DNA of 32,000 bases from Candidatus Baldrarchaeum yapensis (GTDB taxonomy: Archaea; Asgardarchaeota; Baldrarchaeia; Baldrarchaeales; Baldrarchaeaceae). The position numbers and the translations under genes are program-made. The stretch covers positions 30,001-62,000 of the forward strand of contig JAEOSH010000004.1 of the NCBI GenBank assembly GCA_016840465.1, written 5' to 3'. Below, piece by piece: positions 1 to 7,773 of the stretch; positions within the stretch are counted from its first letter, which is position 1; every line of letters starts with the position of its first letter. Below the pieces are notes generated by a model, which saw only the letters and a program-made list of their open reading frames with translations, was not told the origin of the DNA and ran no database searches.

Positions 1-239
1 TCCTCAATAGAGTACTTTATCCGCACATCAAAGTTCTCGCCATTTCCGAAGTACTCCATTATTTTCTCATACCTATACCCGCATGCTATCACTATGTCCC
101 TTATTTTGTTCTTCCTAAGCCACTCTATCTGATACTGGAGGATGGGCTTTCCTAAGACCTCAACCATGGGCTTGGGACGATCCGCAGTGAGAGGACGTAG
201 CCTCAGCCCGAGGCCTCCCGCGAGTATTATCGCATGCAT
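1..239 (-). CDS. Sugar-phosphate nucleotidyltransferase (NTP_transferase family), N-terminal part; runs off the window edge
   Basis: Not in the ORF track. Manual translation from ATG 239: MHAIILAGGLGLRLRPLTADRPKPMVEVLGKPILQYQIEWLRKNKIRDIVIACGY..., containing the LAGGxGxRLxPLT..RPKPM signature. GGTG RBS upstream. Confidence 0.93.
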   Translation of the reverse strand, partial: MHAIILAGGLGLRLRPLTADRPKPMVEVLGKPILQYQIEWLRKNKIRDIVIACGYRYEKIMEYFGNGENFDVRIKYSIE

Positions 240-337
240 GCCATTCACACCTTGCCAGTTGTTGCATGAGTTAAAATATCAAAATACTAATGAATCTTTA
301 GTGCTTCATTGCAATAGTGCGGAGGGCGGTGTCGGTC

Positions 338-805
338 ATGAGTAGGAATGAGGAAGCCGCAGAGGAGCGAGAGGGAGTTTTGAGAATAGGAGTGTCCCTC
401 CCAGCAAATCTGTTGAGGGAGTTCGATGAGATCATCGGGAAGATAGGGTACACGAGCCGGAGCAAGGCATTGGCGGATGCGATAAGAGATTTCATAGACA
501 AGTACCACTGGCTGAGAGAGGAGGAAGAGACCGTCATCACCGGGGCCCTGACCCTCATCTACACGATAGAGAAGCGGAACCTCCCCGAGGAAATTCTGGA
601 AATACAGCACAAGTATGAGGATGTCATCAGCGCGTCCATGCACATACATCTGGATGAGAGTCGTTGCTTGGAAATACTGGCGATCAGGGGTAGTAGATCA
701 AGGATAAAGAAGTTAGCCGAGGAACTATCGGCAAAGAAGGGGGTAGAGCAGGTTAAGGTCATAACTACCTACTACAGGGGGAAGAGTCACTCAGAAGGAG
801 AGTAA
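338..805 (+). CDS. nikR: Nickel-responsive transcriptional regulator (RHH + ACT-like domain)
   Basis: RHH strand RIGVSLP, then SRSKALADAIRDF; the metal-binding domain has QHKY..VISASMHIHLDESRCLE (His, HxH and Cys ligands). Start at ATG 338 or TTG 380. Confidence 0.92.
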   Translation: MSRNEEAAEEREGVLRIGVSLPANLLREFDEIIGKIGYTSRSKALADAIRDFIDKYHWLREEEETVITGALTLIYTIEKRNLPEEILEIQHKYEDVISASMHIHLDESRCLEILAIRGSRSRIKKLAEELSAKKGVEQVKVITTYYRGKSHSEGE

Positions 806-1415
806 GCGCGGCGGCAATTGCGCCGTTCTGCGCATTTATTAGATTGTCTGCCGAACCCACTATCAGGACATCTCCTTCCATTATGTCAAACTCCTTCCTC
901 AGAATTCTGGACACCTTTTCCGGAACCTCGTAATCTCCTGGCGCTAGGAACAATTTACCTCCTTTGGAAATTATCGTAGTTGCGCCCATCGCCCCCGCCA
1001 TAATTGCCGCATCCCTCTGCTCAACTCCGGATTTGACGATATCTGCAAGACCTCTTAAGTGACAGACTACATTTACCGGTCCTACCGCTATCTCCTCGAA
1101 CCCCTTAACCTCCTTTATCGCTTTTATTCGGCTCATTATCTCGTCAGCAACTTTATTTCCCAGTTCTGTGAGAAAGTGTCCACGCCGCGGCCTCACACCG
1201 ACAAGTCCCAGTCTCCTCAGGTGTTTAAGTAGAGTCTTGACCGCGGCCTCTCCCAGTCCCAACTCTTTCACCAGTCGGTATCTACCCACTAGTCCCCCCT
1301 CCCTCTTCAGGATGAATATTGTCATTATTATGTGATGGGGCTCAAATACGGGCGACGGACCGACCGATCTTTTCCTAAAAAGATCCGATATTAGGGATTT
1401 GAGAGACTTCCCCAC
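765..1415 (-). CDS. DUF4443 / PH0730-like winged-helix protein
   Basis: N-terminal wHTH (GRYRLVKELGLGEAAVKTLLKHL) and C-terminal GVEQRDAAIMAGAMGATT typical of this archaeal family. Overlaps the nikR 3' end convergently by 41 bp. Confidence 0.75.
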   Translation of the reverse strand: MGKSLKSLISDLFRKRSVGPSPVFEPHHIIMTIFILKREGGLVGRYRLVKELGLGEAAVKTLLKHLRRLGLVGVRPRRGHFLTELGNKVADEIMSRIKAIKEVKGFEEIAVGPVNVVCHLRGLADIVKSGVEQRDAAIMAGAMGATTIISKGGKLFLAPGDYEVPEKVSRILRKEFDIMEGDVLIVGSADNLINAQNGAIAAALTLLLSDSSPCSR

Positions 1416-1596
1416 AGCGGTTCACCTAGAACTCTACGACTTTGCTGTTGCAATTTTATCAGGACTCCCCGGAATATTTAGATATCGGAAGTAGTTGCCG
1501 ACCCGTAATACTGGGCTCATGTGATGGTTCCCGATTTGTCATCGTAAATTTTTATTTAGTTCAGCATTTACACTTAGTCGACGGCGGTGGATATGC

Positions 1597-2181
1597 ATGA
1601 GTAAAAAGCCGATGATGGGATCTTACTATCTCCTGAAGGTCGTACTGATAGGAGACGGCGGGGTCGGGAAAACGTCTCTGTGTCGGAGGTTCGTTGAAAA
1701 GAAATTCGAGCACAAATACCTCCCGACAATAGGCGCCGATTTCTATGTTAAGAATGTCTTCCTCGACGACGTAACCCCGGTGAAATTCCAAATATGGGAC
1801 CTTGCTGGGCAACCTAGGTTTCATTCCGTGGTTGACATGTACTTCAGAGGAGCGCGGGGGGCGTTGGCAGTATACTCCGTCGTTGACAGGGAAAGCTACA
1901 ACAATCTCATCAACTGGGTGAAAAGGCTGATAGAGAAGTCGGGAGTGCGGCCTCCACCTGCAATAATGATACTGGGGAATAAGATAGATCTCCGCGCTGG
2001 CCCAGGAGAGTTCGTATCTCCGGAGGAGGGAGAACTTCTCAAGAACAGGATTATGAAGGAGTTCGGGCTGAAAAATGTTGACTTTTTAGAAACCAGTGCC
2101 AAAACTGGGGAAAACGTAATAGAGAGTTTTTACAGATTGGCAAAGATGGCTCTTTCAATGGTCACTCGGACAGCGAAGTAA
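1597..2181 (+). CDS. Rab-like small GTPase (Ras superfamily)
   Basis: G1 GDGGVGKT, G2 YLPTIGADF, G3 WDLAGQ, G4 NKID, G5 ETSAK. Single domain, 194 aa, no C-terminal cysteine. Confidence 0.93.
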   Translation: MSKKPMMGSYYLLKVVLIGDGGVGKTSLCRRFVEKKFEHKYLPTIGADFYVKNVFLDDVTPVKFQIWDLAGQPRFHSVVDMYFRGARGALAVYSVVDRESYNNLINWVKRLIEKSGVRPPPAIMILGNKIDLRAGPGEFVSPEEGELLKNRIMKEFGLKNVDFLETSAKTGENVIESFYRLAKMALSMVTRTAK

Positions 2182-2187
2182 TAGCGT

Positions 2188-2700
2188 TCACTTCTCACTC
2201 TTTTCCTCTCTAACGAGATCCATTAAGGATGGGGCGAGGGCGAGGTGCTCCTTTACGACATTTAGCACAATTGAGGTCGATGTTCTCTCAATGCGGGGAT
2301 CCGCAAGGAGGCTTTTAACGAAATTGTCCAACTCCTTTATGTTCCTGAATTTTCCGAGGATTAAAACGTCCCAGTCCCCGGTGATGTCATAAACGGCGTA
2401 CACGTGCGGGTGAGTGCTTATACTCTCCTCCAAGCTTTTAAGTGCATCTTTACCCGTACGCCCCCTCGCGAGTATCGCGGCGGTTATCGGAAATCCAAGC
2501 TTTTTCTCGTCGACGAGGACAGAAAAACCCTTTATGAGTCCGGACTTTCGCAGTTTTTCCAACCTGTAGTGAACGGTTGCAACCGAGACTCCCAACCTCT
2601 CCGAAATTTTACGCAGGCTCATGCGGGCGTCGCGATGGAGGAAATCCAGTATTTTTATATCCAATTCGTCAAGCCGTATGCTCTCATCGCTCATGCCCAT
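2188..2700 (-). CDS. Lrp/AsnC family transcriptional regulator
   Basis: LDELDIKILDFLHRDARMSLRKISERLGVSVATVHYRLEKL HTH plus the VYDITGDWD ligand-binding motif. Start at ATG 2700 or 2694 rather than the ORF-track 2754. Confidence 0.92.
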   Translation of the reverse strand: MGMSDESIRLDELDIKILDFLHRDARMSLRKISERLGVSVATVHYRLEKLRKSGLIKGFSVLVDEKKLGFPITAAILARGRTGKDALKSLEESISTHPHVYAVYDITGDWDVLILGKFRNIKELDNFVKSLLADPRIERTSTSIVLNVVKEHLALAPSLMDLVREEKSEK

Positions 2701-2763
2701 GCACCGATAAAAAGTAGGAATATTCGTAAATAAGTTTAGAGGCAAGACCAGCACTCTGGGAGT

Positions 2764-2982
2764 TCACATCTCTCCTAGTCTATCACCCACGATTGCGAAT
2801 ATCGCGGACAGGATAAACGAAAGTAGACTTACGAAGAGGCTTTGCTGCCTTTCGATTCCTAAATCTATGAACCCGATCCATATGAACAGTGCTAAGAAGA
2901 AGAGCACAATTCCGCCGCACAGGAGTATCAGGGAAATTGTCTTAAGAATCCTGGGCTTCTCCTCTACCTCTTCCTCTCCCAT
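2764..2982 (-). CDS. Small membrane protein with two transmembrane helices, unknown function
   Basis: Two hydrophobic stretches; GAGGTG RBS before ATG 2982. Confidence 0.65.
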   Translation of the reverse strand: MGEEEVEEKPRILKTISLILLCGGIVLFFLALFIWIGFIDLGIERQQSLFVSLLSFILSAIFAIVGDRLGEM

Positions 2983-3059
2983 CGCTGGCACCTCAGAATA
3001 TTGCGCCAGTCCCCACCTTTTATCTTTTTTGCACATATATGAGCATAAAATTTAGGGTG

Positions 3060-3461
3060 TTATGAGACGGGCTTAAACGCAAGAACAGGCTTTCCGTCTT
3101 CCTCAATTACCTCCATCTGCATTCTCTGCCCCATCCTGAGCTCTTCCGGTTTGTTCGGATCGACCCCAACTATTCTTCCCATGATCATCGGTCCCTCATC
3201 CAATTTAACAATCCCCGTAACGTAGGGCGCCACGTTCTTCAGTCTCATTGGGGGAACATGTATAACCGTGAAGGTTTCCAGAGTTCCTGTTCCCTTAAAC
3301 TCCACCAGCTCTAAGTCTTTCGATCCGCACTCCTTGCACAGAAGACGTGGCGGTATCATGACAAAGTTGCACTTCTTGCACCGACAACCGATTAGCTTGC
3401 CCTCCTTAAGCTTGTCGTAAAACGTTTTCGTTAGGAACTGTGCCGCACTCCCGCTCACCAC
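3060..3461 (-). CDS. DUF35 family Zn-ribbon/OB-fold protein (thiolase partner)
   Basis: CxxC..PPRxxCxxCGS Zn ribbon followed by an OB fold. AGGAGGTG RBS overlaps the thiolase stop; GTG start at 3461 or 3458. The ORF-track N-terminal extension is spurious. Confidence 0.9.
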   Translation of the reverse strand: MVSGSAAQFLTKTFYDKLKEGKLIGCRCKKCNFVMIPPRLLCKECGSKDLELVEFKGTGTLETFTVIHVPPMRLKNVAPYVTGIVKLDEGPMIMGRIVGVDPNKPEELRMGQRMQMEVIEEDGKPVLAFKPVS

Positions 3462-3463
3462 AA

Positions 3464-4699
3464 TCACCTCCTTAATATCACAACTCCGCAGCTGGCACCT
3501 GTTCCTCCAACATTGTGCGCGAGTCCTATCTCGGCATCGGGGATCTGCCTCTTTCCCGCCTCTCCTCTGAGTTGCTTCCAGAGTTCGTGGATCATCGCAG
3601 CCCCCGTTGCACCTACGGGATGACCCTTGCACTTAAGTCCTCCTGAGGGATTCACGGGTCTATCGCCATCAAGTGCGGTTCTTCCCTCCACGGCCGCCTT
3701 TAAACCCTCTCCTCTCTCAAACAGTCCGAGGTCTTCGGTGGCTATTACCTCGGCGATCGAGAAGCAGTCGTGTACCTCCACCACATCCACATCTTTCGGC
3801 TCTATACCTGCCATTTTGTACGCTTGCCTACTTGCAAATACCGCGGACGCGAATGATGTGAGACTAATCCTGTCATGAAGCGCAAGGGTATCGGTTCCGA
3901 ATCCTATACCTGCAACGCGTATCGGCGTATCTGTAAACTTCTTTGCAACATCCTCGGCCGCGAGTATTGCAACGGCTGCGCCGTCTGATATCGGGCAGCA
4001 ATCAAATAACCTCAGAGGCCATGCTATGACCCTGTTGTACTTAGATTTCAGGAAGTCTAGGGGATCTTTGAACGTGACTCCCTCTCTTTGCCCTATCCTC
4101 TTTGCTATGTCCATTATCTCCTCTTGGAACTGCGCCTTTGGATTCAAGGCACCATTATGGTGGTTCTTTATTGGTATTGCCTGTAAGTCCTCCCAGGTCA
4201 TGTTGTACTTCTTAAAGTACGCCTGAGCAAGGAGAGCGTAGAGTCCTGGGAAGGTGGCTCCTGCGGGTATTTCGTAGTCGTCGTCAGCGGCCACCGATAG
4301 AGCGTCAGTTACTCCCTCGGTTGGCAATGCTGTCATCTTCTCAACTCCGCCTACCATCACGACATCATACCATCCGGATGCTATTGCAAGGACCCCCGTC
4401 ATGAACGCCGCTATGGAACTTGCGCATGCAGTTTCGGTTCTCCACCCAGTGATTGGAGTCAGCCCCATCCAATCCGTGACGAGGGGGCCTATATGCCCCT
4501 GATGCTCGTATAAGGAGGGAGTGAAGTATCCCACGAAGAGCGCCTGTATATCCTTTCTCTCTATGCCCTTATCGACGCTTTCCATAGCCTCGAGTGCCGC
4601 TTCGACGAATAATTCCCGGCCACTTTTGTCCTTATGAATTTTGTGGTGAAATCTCGTCATCCCAGCACCAATTACGCAAACTCCTCTTTGTAGTCCCAT
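3464..4699 (-). CDS. Thiolase-family protein (archaeal/SCP2-type acetyl-CoA acetyltransferase)
   Basis: ETACASS active Cys, VEVHDCF, NPSGGL.CKGHPVGATG and HNVGG motifs; directly upstream of DUF35. Confidence 0.93.
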   Translation of the reverse strand: MGLQRGVCVIGAGMTRFHHKIHKDKSGRELFVEAALEAMESVDKGIERKDIQALFVGYFTPSLYEHQGHIGPLVTDWMGLTPITGWRTETACASSIAAFMTGVLAIASGWYDVVMVGGVEKMTALPTEGVTDALSVAADDDYEIPAGATFPGLYALLAQAYFKKYNMTWEDLQAIPIKNHHNGALNPKAQFQEEIMDIAKRIGQREGVTFKDPLDFLKSKYNRVIAWPLRLFDCCPISDGAAVAILAAEDVAKKFTDTPIRVAGIGFGTDTLALHDRISLTSFASAVFASRQAYKMAGIEPKDVDVVEVHDCFSIAEVIATEDLGLFERGEGLKAAVEGRTALDGDRPVNPSGGLKCKGHPVGATGAAMIHELWKQLRGEAGKRQIPDAEIGLAHNVGGTGASCGVVILRR

Positions 4700-5041
4700 T
4701 TCCACCACCCACGAGCCCAAGTGCTTCCTTGATGATTACCGTGCAGAATTTAAAATTGTTTTTGTCAATTCACGAATATTTCCTCTCATGTGCGTTCACT
4801 TCTGATGAAAAATAGTGGACAAATACCAGTATACTGGGCTTCTAGTAACGAAATCGTTAATTGTCGTGTATAAGCACTTTCTCTACGTGAAGATCATGTG
4901 AGAGGTCGTTGCCGGAAAAATCCTATAAAACTCATTTTTGGAAGATTCTATGTTCATCTCCAGCTAATTCAATGATTTACACGATAAATATGAAATTTTT
5001 CCCTGCTTCGCTTCATGCGATCACCAGCATCGTTTGTATTC

Positions 5042-6013
5042 TCATTTTTCCTTAAAATACCTGAAAACTTTCTCAACGTTTTCCCGTACAACGCTCCACG
5101 CAAAATCCCTGTCCTTCTCTCTTATTTTGAGTTCTCCAACATCAGGTAGTGTTCCTACATCCTTTCCAGCAAGGGTCGCTACGACCCCGTATATAACAAG
5201 TTTTGCAACGTCCGGATTGGAACCGCCACTCAGAAGTACAACCATCCTCCCACCACAAACTTTTTCCGCAACATCCTTTATTGTGTGACACAATCCGATA
5301 AACCCGTTCACGGTCAGTTCAAACCCGCCATAATCCCTGTGATGAGCGTCATGTCCAAGTTCCCAGAGGATCATTTCTGGCTTGTGTCGTTTGGCAAGTG
5401 GAGGGAGTAGTTCATTAAGAGCCCATACGATTTGCTCGTCGGTTGTATTATGTGGCAGTGGTACGCTGACCGCAGTCTTGCCAAGATCTGGGTCATATGG
5501 ACCTCCGCTGTGAAACTCCAAGAGGAAAACCTCGTCATCGTCCCGATAGATGTCAAAGTTTCCATCGCCAAAATGAGGGTCTGTATCCACAATCATGAAT
5601 CGGCGTGCACTCATCTCGCTCCTCAGGGTTTCTATAAGCACCGCCGCGTTATTTATATAGCAGAAGCCCCAGAAGAAGTCCTTGTTTGCATGGTGCCCGG
5701 CCGCCGCCGTAAAGACGAATGCCGAATCGACTTCTCCCGAATATACGAGTTTTCCGGCAAGCGCCGCTCCGCCTGCTGTTAGCATGGCAATATCGTAATA
5801 TCCCGTCACCGACACCTTTTTCAGGTGGTCTTCAGTATGTATTTTTCTCACGATCTCAGGAGATGCCGGAACTGGTTCGTAGAGGACCACTGACGGGTCA
5901 TTAAGCAGTCCGGTTTCTTTGAGGTACTCAAACGCGGGTCTTAGTCTTCCACGCAGTACCACATGACCCTCCTCGGGGTACCTGTCATTCCATATGACAG
6001 CAACCTTGCCCAT
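5042..6013 (-). CDS. Histone deacetylase / acetylpolyamine amidohydrolase family protein (atypical)
   Basis: AGHHA His dyad, GFCYINN, DTDPHFGDG and GHDAH Zn ligands. The final motif is LSGGS instead of LEGGY. Confidence 0.88.
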   Translation of the reverse strand: MGKVAVIWNDRYPEEGHVVLRGRLRPAFEYLKETGLLNDPSVVLYEPVPASPEIVRKIHTEDHLKKVSVTGYYDIAMLTAGGAALAGKLVYSGEVDSAFVFTAAAGHHANKDFFWGFCYINNAAVLIETLRSEMSARRFMIVDTDPHFGDGNFDIYRDDDEVFLLEFHSGGPYDPDLGKTAVSVPLPHNTTDEQIVWALNELLPPLAKRHKPEMILWELGHDAHHRDYGGFELTVNGFIGLCHTIKDVAEKVCGGRMVVLLSGGSNPDVAKLVIYGVVATLAGKDVGTLPDVGELKIREKDRDFAWSVVRENVEKVFRYFKEK

Positions 6014-6059
6014 GGCGACCCCCAATAAAGATTTACGATTGACCTTAAGTAATGTTCAC

Positions 6060-7325
6060 ATGGCAGTGCAGGAGTCCTCATTACGCCTGAACATGAACTC
6101 TCCCGGGGGTTCTCTTATTACTAAAACACACGCGATTACCGGAGTGGACGCAGCGATTTTCGCAGTATGCCTTTCAACATTCCTTGTAAGATTTGGGTTC
6201 GGAGAACTCAACTTGATCGTCCCTTACCACCTAGCGTCTATTGGGGTTCCAAGGACGCTCATCGGAATCGCCCTCTCTCTGAACGCAACTGTGGAGATGT
6301 GTACCGCGTTGCCCGCGGGGGCAATGGCTGACAAATTTGGCAGGTCGAAAATGTTTCTATTGGGCCTTTTCTTGGTCTCCCTGACGCTTGCGTGCTTCTC
6401 TCTGGCAACCGAATGGTGGCATTTTGCAATGCTGTGCGGATTCCTCGGCTTTGGGGAGGCATTTACGATCGCGCCGGCACTTGCGCTATTGACGGACTAC
6501 ACGGAGGTGGAGAGGAGGGGAAGGGTCATGGGGTTCTTTGACGCATCGGTGACTTTAGGATATGCTGCGGGCCCGCTGGCCGCCGGTTTTCTTTATGAGA
6601 AATTCGGTCATGGAATCACGTTCCAAATCGCGAGTGGAATGGTAATTATCGCTTTTGTCATATCAGCATTTTTAGTAAGGGATGTGAGCCGTGATGTGGG
6701 TCATTTGGGTTCTAAGAGAAGTATCATTCTGTCCGATGCTGATTTATCTCAGTATAAGAGACTCTTCCCGCTAATCGTGTCTTGGATACTTGCGATGTTT
6801 ATCTTAGCTGTGGGGCAGGTTGTCATTCCAATGTACGCGGAAGCCCACAATGTCGGTACGGGAAGACTGGGAATAGTGATGGCGGCCGTGTGTATAACGC
6901 TGATTGCAAGCTACGTACTGTTCGGCGCGATCGCAGATCGTGTTGGGAGAAAGATTCCGATGATATTTGGGCTGTCGGTATCCACGGTATCGATAATGCT
7001 GATGGGGATAACAAACACATGGGAGAGCGCCGAAATTCTCCTCCCGATGGTTGCCGTCGGAGGGGGTGCGTTTGCTCCCGCTGCTCTTGCGCTTCTGGGA
7101 GACATTGCTCCCGAGAGGGGTAGGGGGGTGACTATGGGAATCTACGATGTCGTCGTGGCGACCGGGATGACCATGGGTCCCCTCTTTGCGGGCGTGATTT
7201 CGGATCTCATGGGATTCGGTGCACTTTTCTTAATGTGCTCCGCAATAACCGCCGCCAACCTGGTGATGGTCACGTTTTTCGTAAAGATGGGGGACGGGGG
7301 CGGGAAATGTGCACACCGATCATAG
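6060..7325 (+). CDS. MFS transporter
   Basis: About 12 hydrophobic segments; motif A appears twice (GAMADKFGRSK, GAIADRVGRK). Start uncertain (6060 or 6093). Confidence 0.9.
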   Translation: MAVQESSLRLNMNSPGGSLITKTHAITGVDAAIFAVCLSTFLVRFGFGELNLIVPYHLASIGVPRTLIGIALSLNATVEMCTALPAGAMADKFGRSKMFLLGLFLVSLTLACFSLATEWWHFAMLCGFLGFGEAFTIAPALALLTDYTEVERRGRVMGFFDASVTLGYAAGPLAAGFLYEKFGHGITFQIASGMVIIAFVISAFLVRDVSRDVGHLGSKRSIILSDADLSQYKRLFPLIVSWILAMFILAVGQVVIPMYAEAHNVGTGRLGIVMAAVCITLIASYVLFGAIADRVGRKIPMIFGLSVSTVSIMLMGITNTWESAEILLPMVAVGGGAFAPAALALLGDIAPERGRGVTMGIYDVVVATGMTMGPLFAGVISDLMGFGALFLMCSAITAANLVMVTFFVKMGDGGGKCAHRS

Positions 7326-7701
7326 AGGGGATGAGTATCGAGAGGAGCATGGTCGTCGCGTTGTGTTCAAATGGTGCGGTGGCGGTCCAGATCGTCAGGT
7401 GGATACCCGACAGCGATGATAATACGAGAAACGCGACTATAGACGCGATCGTGCAAATTACCGAAACCAAGAGGCATCTCCAATATTCCCTCATTATGAA
7501 TCCGGATGAGAGGCCAGCGACTGCCCATGCTAATATCGGCACATAGACTCCACGGCGATAGTTTGTGTAGGGGGAGCATAGATCCGCCAGCACCCTGAGG
7601 AGGGCGTACGTCGCGGTGTACGGCAATCTTTGTATCCACAGGTATTCTAGGGAGAGTGCAACTATGAACACCATTATAATTGCGGCGAGCGATCTCTTCA
7701 T
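7270..7701 (-). CDS. Hypothetical membrane protein (about 4 TM)
   Basis: ATG with GGAGGG RBS; hydrophobic pattern; fills the gap between the MFS gene and tgtA. Confidence 0.6.
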   Translation of the reverse strand: MKRSLAAIIMVFIVALSLEYLWIQRLPYTATYALLRVLADLCSPYTNYRRGVYVPILAWAVAGLSSGFIMREYWRCLLVSVICTIASIVAFLVLSSLSGIHLTIWTATAPFEHNATTMLLSILIPSMIGVHISRPRPPSLRKT

Positions 7702-7773
7702 GAACTCGCCCTCCTAGAAAGAGAGTGAACTTCCGAGTTTTGAAATTTTCGAGTGAAAGGAGATGTAGCGTCC

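Noticed and set aside
260-337. NikR operator near nikR or upstream of cbiM
   Set aside because: No GTATGA-N16-TCATAC-like site found by eye at either place.
3462-3632. N-terminal extension of the 3060-3632 ORF
   Set aside because: Overlaps the thiolase 3' end in another frame; a strong RBS supports a start at 3461/3458.
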